Made by a program: the position numbers and the translations under genes. A stretch of DNA of 61,876 nt, the filler included, from Sphacelaria rigidula (Eukaryota), in the NCBI GenBank assembly GCA_964200075.2. It is 8 parts of 8 records of this genome, joined end to end, with 100 filler letters (N's around TTAATTAATTAA, not from the genome) between each part and the next. Parts side by side here need not be neighbours in the genome. Positions count along the whole stretch, not along the records: positions 7,748 to 15,394 come from CAXNAA020013944.1; positions 15,495 to 23,141 come from CAXNAA020013945.1; positions 23,242 to 30,888 come from CAXNAA020013946.1; 5 more parts are not named here. One strand, 5' to 3'. The notes beneath the pieces were generated by a model that was given only the letters and a program-made list of their open reading frames with translations, was not told the DNA's origin and did not search any database. The number at the start of each line of letters is the position of its first letter. Position 1 is the first letter of the stretch. Shown in pieces: positions 11,098-24,911 of this stretch.

Positions 11098-14000
11098 CTA
11101 CATGGAATGCGTTGTCATCAAACAAACAGCACTGTCTGTGTCGCGCGAAAAGTAGCGTGCGAAGACCCAAACTGTCCCGCTCCAAACTTGTCCAGAAATA
11201 ACTTTCGCAGGATACAGTATCCTATTCGAGTACACACCCAACACCACAGCCCTCAACACATACACTTTACACTACGACCTACACGGGGCCCGATTTTGGG
11301 CACTAAATACCATGGAAATGGACCGACCAACTCCACAGTGAGTTGAAGGCAAAAGAAATGAAACCTGGATGAGTCAATCAGAATCGATCACAAGTACACC
11401 CGTCAACCGAAATGACGACGGCGCGCACACAAAATGTACTAGTACTTTAGTACATTCTACAACACACCTGTGACTGTCGTTGCTGTAAATCTGTGGTTAC
11501 AACAGGAGGATAGAAGCTGCTGCTCGTGTTGTTGTTGTGCCCTTCTTGTTGCAGTACGTTGCTGTGCTTATCTTTCAACGCTACTTTCTCGGCAACGACG
11601 CAGAGGATTGGACTGCGGTTTGATGCATGCGCTTTCCACACACCAGAACTAGTGAATTTGGAATGATTTCAATAAGCGTGCCGCGGAGGACGCAGCACTT
11701 TGCAAATCGCTGCACCAAACACAGAATATACTACAAGACGCGTTTCCTGCAACGTTTCGGGGCTTTTCGGATCCGCTGTGGCGATTTAGCAGCTTCGCTT
11801 GTCAAAATCACCACGTCTAGTGTGTGTGCGAGGGGCTGTGAAGTTCCAGAGGCCGGTTTGTTTCCTGTCTCGAGATAGTAGCGATGAAAATTTTACAGCT
11901 GTCGCACACTACACCTAGGTAACTTGGGATGAAGCGTGTGTTATGTTCGGCAGAGGTTCGGCACAGGCCCGACCGGTCTTTGACGTCTTGAATATGCCTT
12001 CAACATCAATCCAGATTCATTTCATTTTTTGTAGGCAACAGAGTAATTGGTCGGTAAGGCCTTCATTCACGGGCATAACTGTCTGTAACCCAGAGTTTAC
12101 CTGAATGTTCCGGAAATATAGAGAAAATACTAGAGAACCCCTCACGAGTTTACACCCACCCGCACTCAAGTGCGGACAAGGTCAGAATGTATCTTGTATC
12201 TTGTATATCTTCGCTGGACTAAGCGGCAACAAACAGTGAGCGTGTATCGTTCTACACTGAACACAGTCTACCGCACGCTACTGGTGTCTCCGCTTAGTGC
12301 TCCACAACAGCACTACAGTGTGAAGCTATGTTGGCAACACGAAAGAGGTCAGGCATTCGGCGAAAACAGGCCACGAGTAAAAGGTAGGTTGTTCGTGACC
12401 ATGTGATTTATGCCTTGTGATCAGAGTGATTCTCTTTGTCTGCGACAACTTCTGTGCAAACGGGACAAGCGTCAAGCTGTGCTCAACATACTATTTCTTT
12501 GTGCATATATTGCTGTGCTGACTTCAAAAGAACGCCACTGCCACACCATCACCCGTTGATTCGCAATGATCTGGGCGTGTGGTGTTTGCGCGAACACCGA
12601 GGTGGCTGGTGTGGTGTGTATTGTCGGAAGGACGGTTGCAAGTTGCATGTTACGCCTGTTGGTCAATAGCACCTACTACCGAGCGAAACGCAACCATCGG
12701 ACTTGAATAACAAAGTCCAAGTCCTGATCCGAATTCGTCTGCGCAAACACCGTAAACAAATCCATTCCTGATGCCCACAGCAGCAACAAACGCTACTGTA
12801 ACTGTGAACCCTCGAACTCTCACCTTCTCTTGTGTGTTCCGCCTTGAGTAAGGCCGCCAATAACCTGTAGCTAGTATACACTTGATGGATGGAGGGAACG
12901 GGTACAGCTCGTGCGCACGATGAAGCGGTGCTGAAGCGTTGACCGGACTGACCGTGCTGCTCTCCCTGTACTGACTGACTGTGGTCGCGGCTGGAATATT
13001 GAATATTGTGCGCGAGTACCGCACGCGCCGTCTCTTCAACAGACAGCAGCAGAAAAACCAAGCTCTCGCCCTGTCGGTGGCATACACTAGGCAGGACACT
13101 ACTATACCAAGCCTGGTCGTGGCTACTGGAGGGAAGGCTAGTTGTGTGATGGCGCCCAGGCACATGGGCAGTGTTTGCAGCAACGGGCTACTCGTAGTCT
13201 GTCGTTTACCGTAAACGACTGGTGACTGGTAGGAATTACGTGTAACACATCTGCACGAGACATCTGCACGAAACAGTGGCGAGTTACTGAAAATCCGCGC
13301 ATATAACCGCTACTGTACTGTAGGTTATGACGAAGAGGCTCGATTCTGCGTTCGGGAAGAATCGATGTTTCGTGCAGAACCAGGAAGAAAATTCCCAGGT
13401 GTTCATAGTGGTTACAGTATCTACAAGCCATTTCAGAACACATTGACCTGCAAGATACCTGTGTAATGAGCCAGGTCAGTCAGTTCAGTGTGGAGAAGCA
13501 GTAAGGTACAAGGACAAATGCATCCACGGGGAAGTGACAACGACACTGTCTGGGTTGAAGTCAAGCTTTATGAGATCCGGGAGACGGGTGTGGTGCGACT
13601 ATCAGTTGGTGACAGCATCGCGAATCGATGTTGTCTGGGATTTTCGTACGAGGTACAAGCGGCGTCACCAAGTCATCAAATCAGGACGGCATCACCGAAT
13701 CACGAAATCAGGCCGTCGGGGCGAGGGGACAGGGCAAACACAAGGTTGGTGGATTGAGCGACTTCTGGACAACGTAGGCAACCGCGTCGATCGGACAGAG
13801 AGTAGACTGGACAATACCAATGCAGATGTAGAAATCTTGGCGATGCAGTGATGCGGCTCGCGAACAATGCGGCAGTCCGTCTGGTGAAGGACGTTTTGAA
13901 CTGAGTAGTGTCGAAGCGGCTGGCCTCCCGGCGCTGGCTCTATTACACCAGGGGCTCCAGCAGGTGGCATGTATCTGATGATGTGACACCGGCGTAGCTA

Positions 14001-14876
14001 CGCCGTCCGGCCGTGGTGCCGTCAGGCAGGCCGGCTGCACGATTATAGTAGCCTGGCGCGCTAGCCGGGTGCTATCGCGGCACGACATATTTGAAGGTCC
14101 AGGACGACAGGGCGAATTTACAGGCACTGGTTGGGACGAAAGTGGATACTGCAAGTCCGGTTCGCCGGTCGTACTGCTCGTTCCTGCTGGAGGTGGCGCG
14201 TGGCGCTCTGTGACGGCAGCAAAGGCGACCGCCACAGTGAGTTGCTGATGCCTGGTTCCATGGCTCGTCATTATTCTGCTATGTTGGATGTACGTGTCGA
14301 TGATGCTTCCGGTCATGGTGATTTCGGCGTTGAAAAGGTATGGAAAGGCAATTATTGCGTATCCTGACTGTGGAATACTGGCTGTCCCGCACCTCACTCG
14401 TTTGCCTTGTTGGGTACGAGCTGGGCCAGCCTAGACACGGATTTAAACTCTCGAAGCAATATCTCGTCGACACGGACGAGTTGGGCCATGATCCGCACAT
14501 TCTATTAATCTTCTAATCAAGGGTAAGGTGCCCATCTGCTCAAAAGTTTGGGCCCAAGTTTTTCGTTGTTAAACCCCATGTCTGGTAATTCCTACACCTA
14601 ACGGAGCGTCCATACTAAAATCTACATGAAACCCCCGATCGATGCCATCAGCGGATGACGTATTTTGGTGTAGACGTTCCCTAGAGTACGGGGAGGCGAT
14701 GGATACCCTCACCTTCACCTAATTCGTAATCCATCTCGAGATATGGTGCACATAATTTTCATACTAAAATCAGTATATTTCCGAGCAGAGGGACTAGATG
14801 AACTAAATCTGGATATCGCGTCTCAGTTTTTGGGAGTTATGCTGTGATATTTCGCATGGAGAATGGCCAGTGCATA

Positions 14877-15394
14877 CGAGCTGGGCCACCTTAAAAGCTG
14901 CTAAAACTTGCTCACACCACAGCTTCCCCAGTTTCCGGAATGAACCCGATGTAAGCATGTCACTGTGAAGTGTAGACCAACCTGGTGACACACGACACCG
15001 CCGCTGAATAAATATATATATATATAATGTACTGCATAATGTATAACCTTAACAACGGACGAAAAAAAAGAGAATCTGTCGGGATTTGAACTCAGGACCT
15101 CTAAAATCGGAGTCTCCCATCACTTGATTTATTCGGGTCCAGCAGCGATACGGAAAATGTTGAACGCACGGCCCAATTCGACGAGTCTTGAGCTGAAATT
15201 TCAGGAAGACCTTCTGGGCCCAAGGGACTCATACTTCACGAGTCCAGCTGCGGATTCTCCTTTTTTTCCTGGACTTACGGCATTATCTTGTTTTTGCCGA
15301 AATTTCGAATGCCCATAACTGTAAGGAAGGCGTATCGCTAGAGTAGTCAGAGACCTACGGGGGAGACTGCCATCCTGATGCCGAAGGAACTCCG
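14877..15394 (+). mobile_element. CGAGCTGGGCCA-family element, right end not seen before the scaffold end
   Basis: TA|CGAGCTGGGCCA at 14875; tRNA-like B-box and T-run on minus at 15062-15130. Confidence 0.7.
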
Positions 15395-15494
15395 NNNNNN
15401 NNNNNNNNNNNNNNNNNNNNNNNNNNNNNNNNNNNNNNTTAATTAATTAANNNNNNNNNNNNNNNNNNNNNNNNNNNNNNNNNNNNNNNNNNNN
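15395..15494. other. Artificial scaffold spacer
   Basis: 44 N + TTAATTAATTAA + 44 N. Confidence 0.99.
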
Positions 15495-15860
15495 CCGGGT
15501 AAAACCCAGTGTGCGCTGTCCCGGCTTTGGAGGGAGGCGAGGTCAATGCCCATATGACTACGGCATGCAAGATCATGAGTATCCCCCCCCCCCCCCCCTC
15601 CCCCCATGCTCCGTCTCGAAAGGGATGCGTGGTCAATGGTCAAACGACTAAGGCAAGCAACGAATGAGCATGCTCTCTCCCCCCCCACTTAGGAAAGGGA
15701 TCGATATGAAAAAGGTTTTGTGTAATGTATGGAAGAAACGTAATGAGCGCCCACGTGTCGGAGGTGTCTCTATTAGGAGTAGGAACGGTGCTCCGTCCCG
15801 GAAGGGATGCGTGGTCAATGGTCAAACGACTAAGGCACTCCCCGCCCCTTTCCCCTCCCA
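15495..15860 (+). mobile_element. Cluster of retroposon 3'-end fragments, each followed by a C-rich tract
   Basis: ...gcaagatcatgagtat+Cn, then two copies of gctccgtc(t/c)cg(a/g)aagggatgcgtggtcaatggtcaaacgactaaggca, each followed by a C-rich run. Confidence 0.6.
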
Positions 15861-16662
15861 TCCCTATTGGAGGATGACTCCCGGGTTGCTTTTCACTCTC
15901 TTCGTTTTCCTTTTGATATATATATATATATATATTAATGCGGCATGGTCTGCTGCTTTTTCATGCACGCTGTATTTCGCCCCAACTCTTCGGAGTCGAT
16001 CAGATCGTTGACCCCCGAATCGGCGCATATGCCGTGAGTGTGGTGAAAAACAAAACATCGACAGATCTTGTCTAGTACAAAGCACCACCACCACAAGCTG
16101 TATCCACGCCCACGGAAAATATATTTTCTCGCAAATAGTACTCAATATTGTGTCACCACACGCGTCCGACTCATTGCAAAAGCTCGAAATGCAGCTACTG
16201 CGCGTACCAGCAAATATGTGCGGATACAGGCCTGCAAAATGCAGAGGATGGTGTGTTGGGAAAATCAAGATTGGCGAGAATTGGAGTTAGACCAAAACCC
16301 TGACATAGTGTAATACAATAATTCATCGATTCCTTCGTTGGGAAAACGCCTTCAAAACCCCGGACACACTGAACGTGACAAGAACCCGTGTTGAAAACCT
16401 TTCTCGTCGAGATGTGGTTGTTCGAACTCTTCTCTTGACTCTGTAGTGCCGAAGTGTATCATACGCGTCCAAAATAGGTGGGGCGGGGCGGGGGGGGATA
16501 TCCTCGTTACCACCCTCAATACGTGCGTAACCCCCCCCCCCCTCCGCTGTTTCGCAGCCCAAATAGAATACGTGCCAGTGTGATCTGGCGCTGATCGGCA
16601 CATGCACACACACGCACACACAAAACAGATTGAGCAAACACGCCATGGATGTCTCCAATGAT

Positions 16663-16925
16663 GTACTTATGATCTTGCATGCCGTTGTCATATGACCATG
16701 GACTTCGCACCCCTACAAAGCCGGGACGGGGCACGCCGGGGTGCCACCGGACCAGGCTCGCACTCAATCGCCGAGCATGAAGCGCCGTGGTGTGCTCGGC
16801 GAGTCGCATGAAGGGTGAGGTGCGCCCTGCTATGGTTGTTCGTCCCGAAGCCTAGTGATTATCTTGCATTTGGATGACAGTCTGCAATGAGATGCTTCAT
16901 TTTCTGGTATCGCCACTTTCACAGA
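16663..16925 (-). repeat. High-copy dispersed repeat (putative non-LTR 3' region)
   Basis: Homologous to 23242-23405 (same + orientation) and to the reverse complement of 15495-15582. Confidence 0.65.
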
Positions 16926-17766
16926 CGGCCACGGGTTATACACTGCCTCATGGGTGTCTCACCACATAAACACTACGAAGTACGATCATCCCCATTGCGC
17001 GGAGTTCGGGTTCTCACCTGGCAAAATTTGAACTAACTCGACCACCATCATGGTGACTGGAACAAGAAAAGAGGGAAAGCGAAAACAAAACGGTAATCTG
17101 GCTGCCCAGCTTGCGCAGTAAGTGGCGTGTTTTACAGCGCCGTTGCCAACCGACGCCAACCCTCAAAAGTTTTGGCGGTGGGGTGAGCCTAGAATGTTGA
17201 CCTACTGTTACGTCTCCGTCTGAACGAGATGACCTCTGAATACAACGGCGTGATGCTCACGTCCTGCACCCCCACGTTACGGTGTATGGTATGTTCGTGC
17301 CATTTCTGAAAGTCTATACGACCCCCGGGTACTGCCCGAAACACGTACCACCGGGGGATTTAGTTCAAAACCCTTCGTCACCTGGGAGGTGGATCCGAAC
17401 ATCCTATCACCCTGGGGTAGTGGGTGAACAGAAAGGGGTGCCATAGTATCTACGGGTGCTCTCACGGAAGGGAGATGAGGCGTTTGATTGCATCAACAGC
17501 AAAGAAAAAAAACGCTCTCACACGTGCGTTACACGACGACATCACACACTCGTTGTGCATTTGCACGTATGTGGCTGAAACCGTTGCCGGGCCGTCGGAA
17601 ACGCATGGATGAGGGAGATGCCAAAAACGAGCACTTACACGAACTTTTCTGCTCACAGTGCCACCTCGAAGTGACTCCTCCGCGCAATGAGTGGCCCAAA
17701 CCATACACGCACATATACACACAACCATTGTCCCCTATCGCAGGATCACACACACCTCTGTACGGC

Positions 17767-17768
<2 letters not shown>

Positions 17769-17802
<34 letters not shown>

Positions 17803-18139
17803 GTCATCCCATCTATTCTGGACTACACCTTTCCGTATATGTGGGCGCATCAGCCGGGGTCACACAGGAGGAACGCAACACATTTTCGTTTTTTTTTAAG
17901 TGCTCCAGCTTCCTTCTACGGTGCTTGCCTTCTTCTTGATCGAGATAGCGGTTCGGCGGTCCCTTTCTTTCCCTCGTTGACCGTGAGGTCGAATTTTTGT
18001 ACACCCACGACATAGCCGCTATCCACTGTTGGGCATGGTGTGAAAAAAAATCCTGGATCGTGTAAATGTACCGAGATTCGAATACACGACGCAAGCATCA
18101 GAAGGTTTCGAGGTTACCATATGAGCCACCGGGGCGACC
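17769..18139 (-). mobile_element. tRNA-derived SINE with (CA)n tail
   Basis: Minus strand starts ggtcgccccggTGGCTCATATGG (A box) and has TTCGAATC (B box); ends in (CA)n at 17769-17800; second copy at 29978-30333. Confidence 0.8.
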
Positions 18140-18962
18140 GACTCCTTTAGATATCGACATGGTGCGAAAAATAGCCGAGCATATATCCCCTGGGGACGCT
18201 GTTACCGGGGGTGGTATACTACGTACGGGCGATGGATACCGTCCCCTACGGCCAGGTCGTCCACACAGGAGTCGTGCTACGAGAGGGGGGGGGGTGTTTG
18301 ATTCCAAAAAAAAATGGGCTCATAAATGCTTCAGACAAGCTAACACACTCGCGGTGCGCTTGTATTTGGGTAAAAGCGGTGTCGAGCGGTATGATTGAGC
18401 GCTATTTATCGGAAGCAAGCGCATTTGAACAACCGTTGCTACTATTAACGGCGATTTCAAGAAGAATTTCGTGGAAGGAAACGGCCCAAAATACCCCCCC
18501 CCCCCCGATCGTAGCATGACTCACGGGTTCCTTCCACCTGCCAGGGTTCGAAACTATGATTTTCATTCTTTTGAAGGCGGACCCCGATCGTTTTTCCCAG
18601 CACGAGGTGTTCATCGAAGTATTTTATAAAGTTTAATGATCATTTTTTCCCGTGGGATGCTATCAAGGGATCGAGCGGCACATCAAAACGTTTGGTAATA
18701 TGACCAGGCATGAACAAAACCAGATATCTATGTGTACACATTCAAATGATACCTGGACATACCGCATCATGAGTTAGCGCATGTACATGTACGTATGTAC
18801 ATAATATATATATGTATATACAAGGTTCCCCTTCGGGAGGTTGGTACGGGCCTCCCAGGGGTGACGCAAGTCGAAAATATATGGTTAAGAGAGGCTGCTG
18901 TATCTCAATGTACGAACGTGAACAATAACGACTGTTAGGTTCGCATGACTGTACGGTTTTAA

Positions 18963-19069
18963 CGCTTGGACCGAGGTGCTGGTACTCCATCTACAATAGA
19001 TCACGCATACTCTTTTCAAGTGAATATTCATGCCGATTCAGCAGGTGACCTGCCCCCGCGATCAAAGGA
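18963..19069. mobile_element. piggyBac-like MITE, TTAA on both sides
   Basis: TTAA at 18959-18962 and 19070-19073; shared internal motif atgccgattcagcaggtgacct. Confidence 0.7.
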
Positions 19070-19965
19070 TTAACACCGTTATCCTGTTTCAACTTATATT
19101 TATCAGAGGTATCTCAAACTCGGCTCCCGGTTTCCTGGTTTATTCCCTGGCTCTGAGTTGTGTACTATTTTTTCAAGTGAAAGTGATCGCGATTCATAGG
19201 ACCTGAACGTGGCTTAATCGCCAGCGTAGAACATGTGTGGTATATATTCCCGAGGTGCCAAAGTGCCAAGTAGCCTTCTTGCTACACGAGAGCAACTTCC
19301 CGAAATATTGTAATGCGTGAAACACTCGGATACACGTCTGTTGGGAAAATGATAAGTCGGGCTGAGGCCGGCGGCAGAGTGCCAAGTTACTCTCGTGCCA
19401 AGAACAGATTTTAACGGGAACAACGAAGATATGACTAGACACTTGACGTCAAAACTAAAGAGTAAGAGATATCAGATCATTCGACATGTGTTTGCCGCTG
19501 ACTAAGGCCAAGGCAATGTTCAATTGTTTTTCACTGCTTTTGCTCTCATGTTCTCGTGACATTCGCTGCATAACCGCTGTCTTCGTGCTCCCAAATCGAC
19601 GACAACGCAAAGAAAATCACGGTAAAGAAATACCCAGCCATGAACAGGCGTCTGTGGGTTGAGTCCCTCTTTGAAGGTTTTCACGATCTTGAGAAGGCTT
19701 TTGTGGTTCGGGATCGACACCCCGCGAAACACAGCCAGTGTGGGCGACTTTCGACGGCCAGAACACGCGCCACAGGTATCAGATGACACCCAAACCTGGA
19801 AGGTAATGTACCGCTGCACCCTCTTCGTGCACGGCAAAAACAAGCGCGGGATAAGATGCCTTGCATTCAGAGAAAACTCGGCAAAAGTAGTGAAAAATGT
19901 TAAATGATACATGTACATATATCATTTCCCACAGACACAACGGCAACAACAACAGCAACACTTAC

Positions 19966-20077
19966 CCGGGCTGAGGGTCTGCAGAACAGTCTCCATTCTC
20001 TGGAATATAGAATCCGGATCTTTCTCCCAGAGCGTCACCATCATCGTCCCGTCACTTCGTAGCACCCGAGAAAATTC
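19966..20077 (-). CDS. Internal exon, possibly a class I SAM-dependent methyltransferase
   Basis: Strong splice sites (ctcctcacag|GAA ... CCGG|GTAAGT); EFSRVLRSDGTMMVTLWEKDPDSIFQRMETVLQTLSP resembles the E-x-x-R-V-L-x-x-x-G-x(5-6)-W segment of type-11 methyltransferases. Flanking exons not resolved. Confidence 0.5.
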
Positions 20078-22408
20078 CTGTGAGGAGCAGTGAGAGGGAA
20101 AAAAAAAGAGTAGTCGTTCTCTCGCGTTCGGCACAAGTGTACTCAGAGCTTACCGTCCGCGATGGCGTAGCCAACATCAGCATCAGTCATCAAGTTTTTT
20201 TTTGTTTTCCCCATTAGATTACATTTGCAGACTGCCACTGTTATGGGCAGGAATGGGGACCCTAACGACCAAAAATCGGCACAAGATTTAAAATAAGAAA
20301 TAACGCGGAGGAATAATGAACACGTCAGTAGGTGGCCGGACCTGTGCCGAGGCCCTCACGAACAGAACACACGCTTTATCACTCATCAAGTTGGTGTAGT
20401 ATGGGAAAGCTGTAGCACTGGAGATCGCGCGGTTCTCGACACAGGAAGCAAGCCGGTCCACGACACTTGACAGCCCCCCGCATACACACAAGATCTAGGG
20501 GACCTAGTTTGATATTTTGCTGGCGTCGCGTCATCGGCACGGAAATCCCCTCCCAGAGCGGAAAACGGCATATTTCAATATATTTAGGTCATTTGCGAGT
20601 CAGCATCACGCGCAAACGCAAACCCCACACTAAGCGACATGGCTTGGGTGTGTGGGAAGCGCACGCAAGAAACCGCAGTCCAATCCCCCGCTTCGTTGCC
20701 GAGTTGTAAGCGTTGCGCGATCTGCACTTTCGGGTTGAGGATCAGTAGCGTCTTTCGAGGTCGAAGATGGCAAATTCAAGAAACTCGGTGCGCATACCAC
20801 TTTTCCTGCCGCAAGCAAGTTGTGACAACATGCACTTGGGTTGCGTGCCCCCAGGCGTTGCTTTGTTCTGCGCGGCTGTGCACAAAGGGCAAATTCGCCT
20901 TTCAACGGCGAGTATCCTTTGAAGTGTCGAATTACAGAGGGAGAGTTGACGGTAGAAACACAAAGCTGGCGGCTGCTTCATGTCAGGGCTCCAGTGCAGA
21001 AGCCAAGGCGTCGAGAGCGATTTTAGTACGAGTTTGTGCGTTACATCTGCTTTTGACCGCGGTCATGTATTCAGTAACTGTCTGCACATGCTATTAATAG
21101 CATCAAAATGAGATGCAAGCTGTGCGATGTTCTACTAGCTTCGTTTTGTGCTGCGTGTATTTTTTCTCGCGGCGAGTAGTGTGTGACGGATGGCGTTTGG
21201 CTTTGTGGCATGCCACCAGGTGCTGCTGCATTGTTCTGTACGGCTGTGCAAGAAGGGCAATTTCACCAGCGAGTACCCTTCATGTATTTTGTTGCAGAGA
21301 GCGAGGTCACATATGAAGTTCGGCTGTTGTGTCTGAGGGTTCCAGCGGAGAAGCCAAGTCGCGAAGAGTGATTTTGAATCCAGACTGCGCACCATGTATG
21401 CCTAGGTCGGCAGAGCCAAGATGTTTCAAGTGACTGCCTGTACATACTGAAAATAGGAAAACATTGACGTTGAACATGTTGATCCGGACAGAGAGAACCA
21501 GACCGTGCCGAAGGGATTCCTTCCACTCATGCCATGATCCTGACCCCGTGGGGCCCATGAGAAATTCACTCTCCTATCCCGCAGTCATAGCTGTGTGCAG
21601 GACATGCCGCGCGTAGCCAATCCGCGCAGCATGCACCTCTTGATCGTCAACATCATCAGAACTGTTCTCAGTAGTTTTCGGGTGCGCGACGCTTCTGCTC
21701 ATGATCTCCAAATTTCCGTACTTTCTCGTTCTAGCACCATGTCAGGCACGCTTTCACTGCAGTTACGTTGGTGTGTAGCGGCCACAACAGCTGCTGTTCG
21801 TGCTCTTGTTTTGTTGTCTTCGCAATGACGGTAATCGAGGGGTGGCAGCTCGCGGGCGTGTGCTTCCCGAGTGGTACAGACATAAGCAGGACACTAGCTA
21901 GTGCAACAAGTTTGTCCATCTGCTGATGTGGAGCGAGCTTTCCGGAGGAGCAAAGACACCTCAACACCGTCCACTCCCAGGCTTGAATAAATATGCTAAA
22001 AACATAGTTCATTTCATATGAGCCAAATCGTCATTTGTAGGTGACGCGTGTATTTTCCAGTGATATGATTCGTTGGATTACGGACCACTTCTAACGCATA
22101 TAGCGTTCAGCTTGCACTTTTCATGAATATAGCACCCAAAATCGGCCCCTATTCCTACCCATAACTGTGGTAGCATGAGTTACCGCAGGCGAGTGACACT
22201 CTCCCCACCCCCCCCCCTCTCCCCCCTTCCTTCACCTTGCGAGAAAGAGCTCGTTTCGTTCATTTCTATTCTCGACAAACAGAAGGTTACTTTTTTTCCG
22301 TTTTCCGCCATGTGTGTAAGTAACCCTCCCTCTTCGGAGCCCCTGATCTTCAGGAACCAATCCATCTCTCTCTCTCTCTCTCCCTCTCTCTCCCCTGTAG
22401 GCTCATAC

Positions 22409-22544
22409 TTTGCTTCGACAACATTCGGTCTTATTTCGGATGAAGTCAGCACTCCCGGAGCTCGTCGTTTCTCGTCAACAATCATAAGCTCGCTTTGCGA
22501 CACACGTCTCTCAAGGTCGCAAACGACGGAAATCAGAAAATCCT
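22409..22544 (-). CDS. Candidate internal exon, unknown protein
   Basis: tttttggctctctag|...AA|GTATGA; only one open frame (DFLISVVCDLERRVSQSELMIVDEKRRAPG...). Confidence 0.33.
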
Positions 22545-22563
22545 CTAGAGAGCCAAAAACAAC

Positions 22564-22596
<33 letters not shown>

Positions 22597-23141
22597 CAAT
22601 CACCAGTACTGACTGTATCCCCTTGTCTTTGGCGAATATTTTCGTTTTGTTTCTTCTTGGATACGTCGATGCTGTGAATACAGCTGGGTGATCCCTGGAG
22701 TATCAGTTCATTTGCGACAATCAACCGATCAATTAATCAATGGAATACTTAGGGGTCGCACCGCCCGTACTCCGCCACAATAGGTTTCAACTTGCAGCTG
22801 CCAGACCATCGGGGCACGGCGGAAACTTACTGCGAGTAATACTCCCCCCGTGAGATAGCCAGTGCTTACGCGTCTGACACTAGCGGCAATCGTCAGAGGC
22901 ACCTGTGAATGAGCGGGCGGAAAATATGTTTAAATGCCTACAAATCACCTTGCGCTATACTCTTGAAGGGGATCGCCGTAGGCAACGAACGCTACGAGTA
23001 CAGTACACCCTCAGGGATGAGATATTTCCAAACTTTCTCATACACACGACTGTGCGGCCGAAAAATGGGAACACAACTGATGAAAATCGGAGGGGGGGGG
23101 GAGGGGTGTACTCATGATCATGCTTGCCATAGTCATAAGAC

Positions 23142-23241
23142 NNNNNNNNNNNNNNNNNNNNNNNNNNNNNNNNNNNNNNNNNNNNTTAATTAATTAANNN
23201 NNNNNNNNNNNNNNNNNNNNNNNNNNNNNNNNNNNNNNNNN
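23142..23241. other. Artificial scaffold spacer
   Basis: 44 N + TTAATTAATTAA + 44 N. Confidence 0.99.
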
Positions 23242-24675
23242 GCACTCAGTCACCAAGCGCGAAGTGCCGTGATGTGTTCAGCGAGTCGCATGAAGGGTGA
23301 GCTGCATCCTGCCAAGATTGTTCGGGTCGAAGCCTACTGATTATCTTGGATGAATGACAGCCTCCAATGAGTCGTTTCATTTTCTGGTATCGCCACTTCC
23401 AGACATGTGTGGCACACTTGTTCTTCACTTCACTCCATTTTTCGAGTCATCCTCGAACTAGTGTCGTTCGCATATGTACTTTGGGTTGCGCGTATATTTT
23501 GTGACCACGGCTTTATTTCCAGCATATAATCTAATAGTAAAGTTGATGATGTAATGTTGATGTCAATGTTAATGAGGATGATCTAATGGTCGTGGGCGAG
23601 AGTCCATGAATCACATCAATCAATGGACCGGATGAACAAATCGACAAACCAACCAAGCCAACGAAAACTCGTCAACTCAAATGAATCAAATCACGACATG
23701 AGAACAACAACATACAATAGATAAACCGAAGAATCAAATAGAAAATAAAAAAGTAGACTACACAATAGAATTAAAATCAACACAAGTTGAAGCACAATAT
23801 AATCAATAGACCAGTGATAAAAATCGAGCGACACTCAAGTGTTCCACCATACACAATCCATGACAGAATCAAAGCACAACGAATCTGTACAGTTAAAAAA
23901 CAATACAGATTGAAGCAAATTAGATCAATGATGACGTTGTTGTTGTTGTTGTTGTTGTTGTCTTCACATTAAAAACCGTTCCGATATCTGCGGAGTACTC
24001 TGTACTGGGCATCGGATGCGGACGCTTTCCGTGGTCACAGGCTAACTACCCCAAGCTAGGGTAAAAGAAAAATCATGATGACATAAATCGGACCTGGAAA
24101 CAATTCACATAGATGCGATACAAAAAAAAAAAAAAAAAGCAATAAAAAACCTGGAAAAAAAAAAGGGAAAAAAGGAAAAAAAACCACCACTAACCCGCCA
24201 AAAAACAANNNNNNNNNNAAAGGAAAAATAACCAAAAATAGGGAAAAAAAAAAATCATAAAAAAAAAAATCGAACCTGAAAAAAATTCACATAAATGAAA
24301 AAAAAAAAAAAAAAAAAATGCAATAAAAAACCTGGAAAAAAAAAAGGGAAAAGAGGAAAAAGAACTACTGCTAGCCCTCCAAGTTCCGATGTCATATGCG
24401 ACCATTCGGGCTACTGGAGGCAGGGCCCACGGGCCCACTCAATATGCGAGGCCAAACAGGAAGGGAGTCAAACTTGAGAGCCACGATCACCAGCCAAAGC
24501 GATACGAGTCGCAGGATTCTAACCTTGTACCTTCAGAGGGACAGCTATGCGTACGAATATACTAGGCATAACACGAAGAGCACCACATAACAACACATAC
24601 CACCTCGGGGGGAGGTGTGCGGTGGAGTCAGCAGTTATATCAATGAATCACATAAAGTCGAAACCACGTAAAATT

Positions 24676-24911
24676 CAGGGCTGTTTACGTTACACGTCAC
24701 AAATTTCGTTATACTTCACAACTTTACGTACCACGTTACAAAATTCGTCACACGCGGAACCCGGTGTAGAGTCATGTCAAATCAAATTGAGCGTCGAGCC
24801 TGGCCATCAATAGTACCACGGTGGCGGACCACGTAGGCCTCCACCGTAGTACTAGCCTGGCTTAACTCGTGACGTGTAACAAGATTTATGACATTTACGC
24901 TAAGAGCCCTG
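24676..24911. mobile_element. hAT-like MITE (236 bp)
   Basis: TIR CAGGGCT...AGCCCTG; 8-bp flanks gtaaaatt / ataaaact (6/8 identical); subterminal gttacacgtcac motifs. Confidence 0.65.

Noticed and set aside
12650..14397. Long overlapping ORFs (177, 166 and 229 aa)
   Set aside because: Reading frame ambiguous and no recognisable domain; a donor near 12823 is plausible but cannot be tied to a gene.
24061..24380. Tandem duplication of an A-rich segment across a 10-N gap
   Set aside because: The copies degrade towards A-runs on either side of the gap, as expected for unmerged low-quality contig ends.
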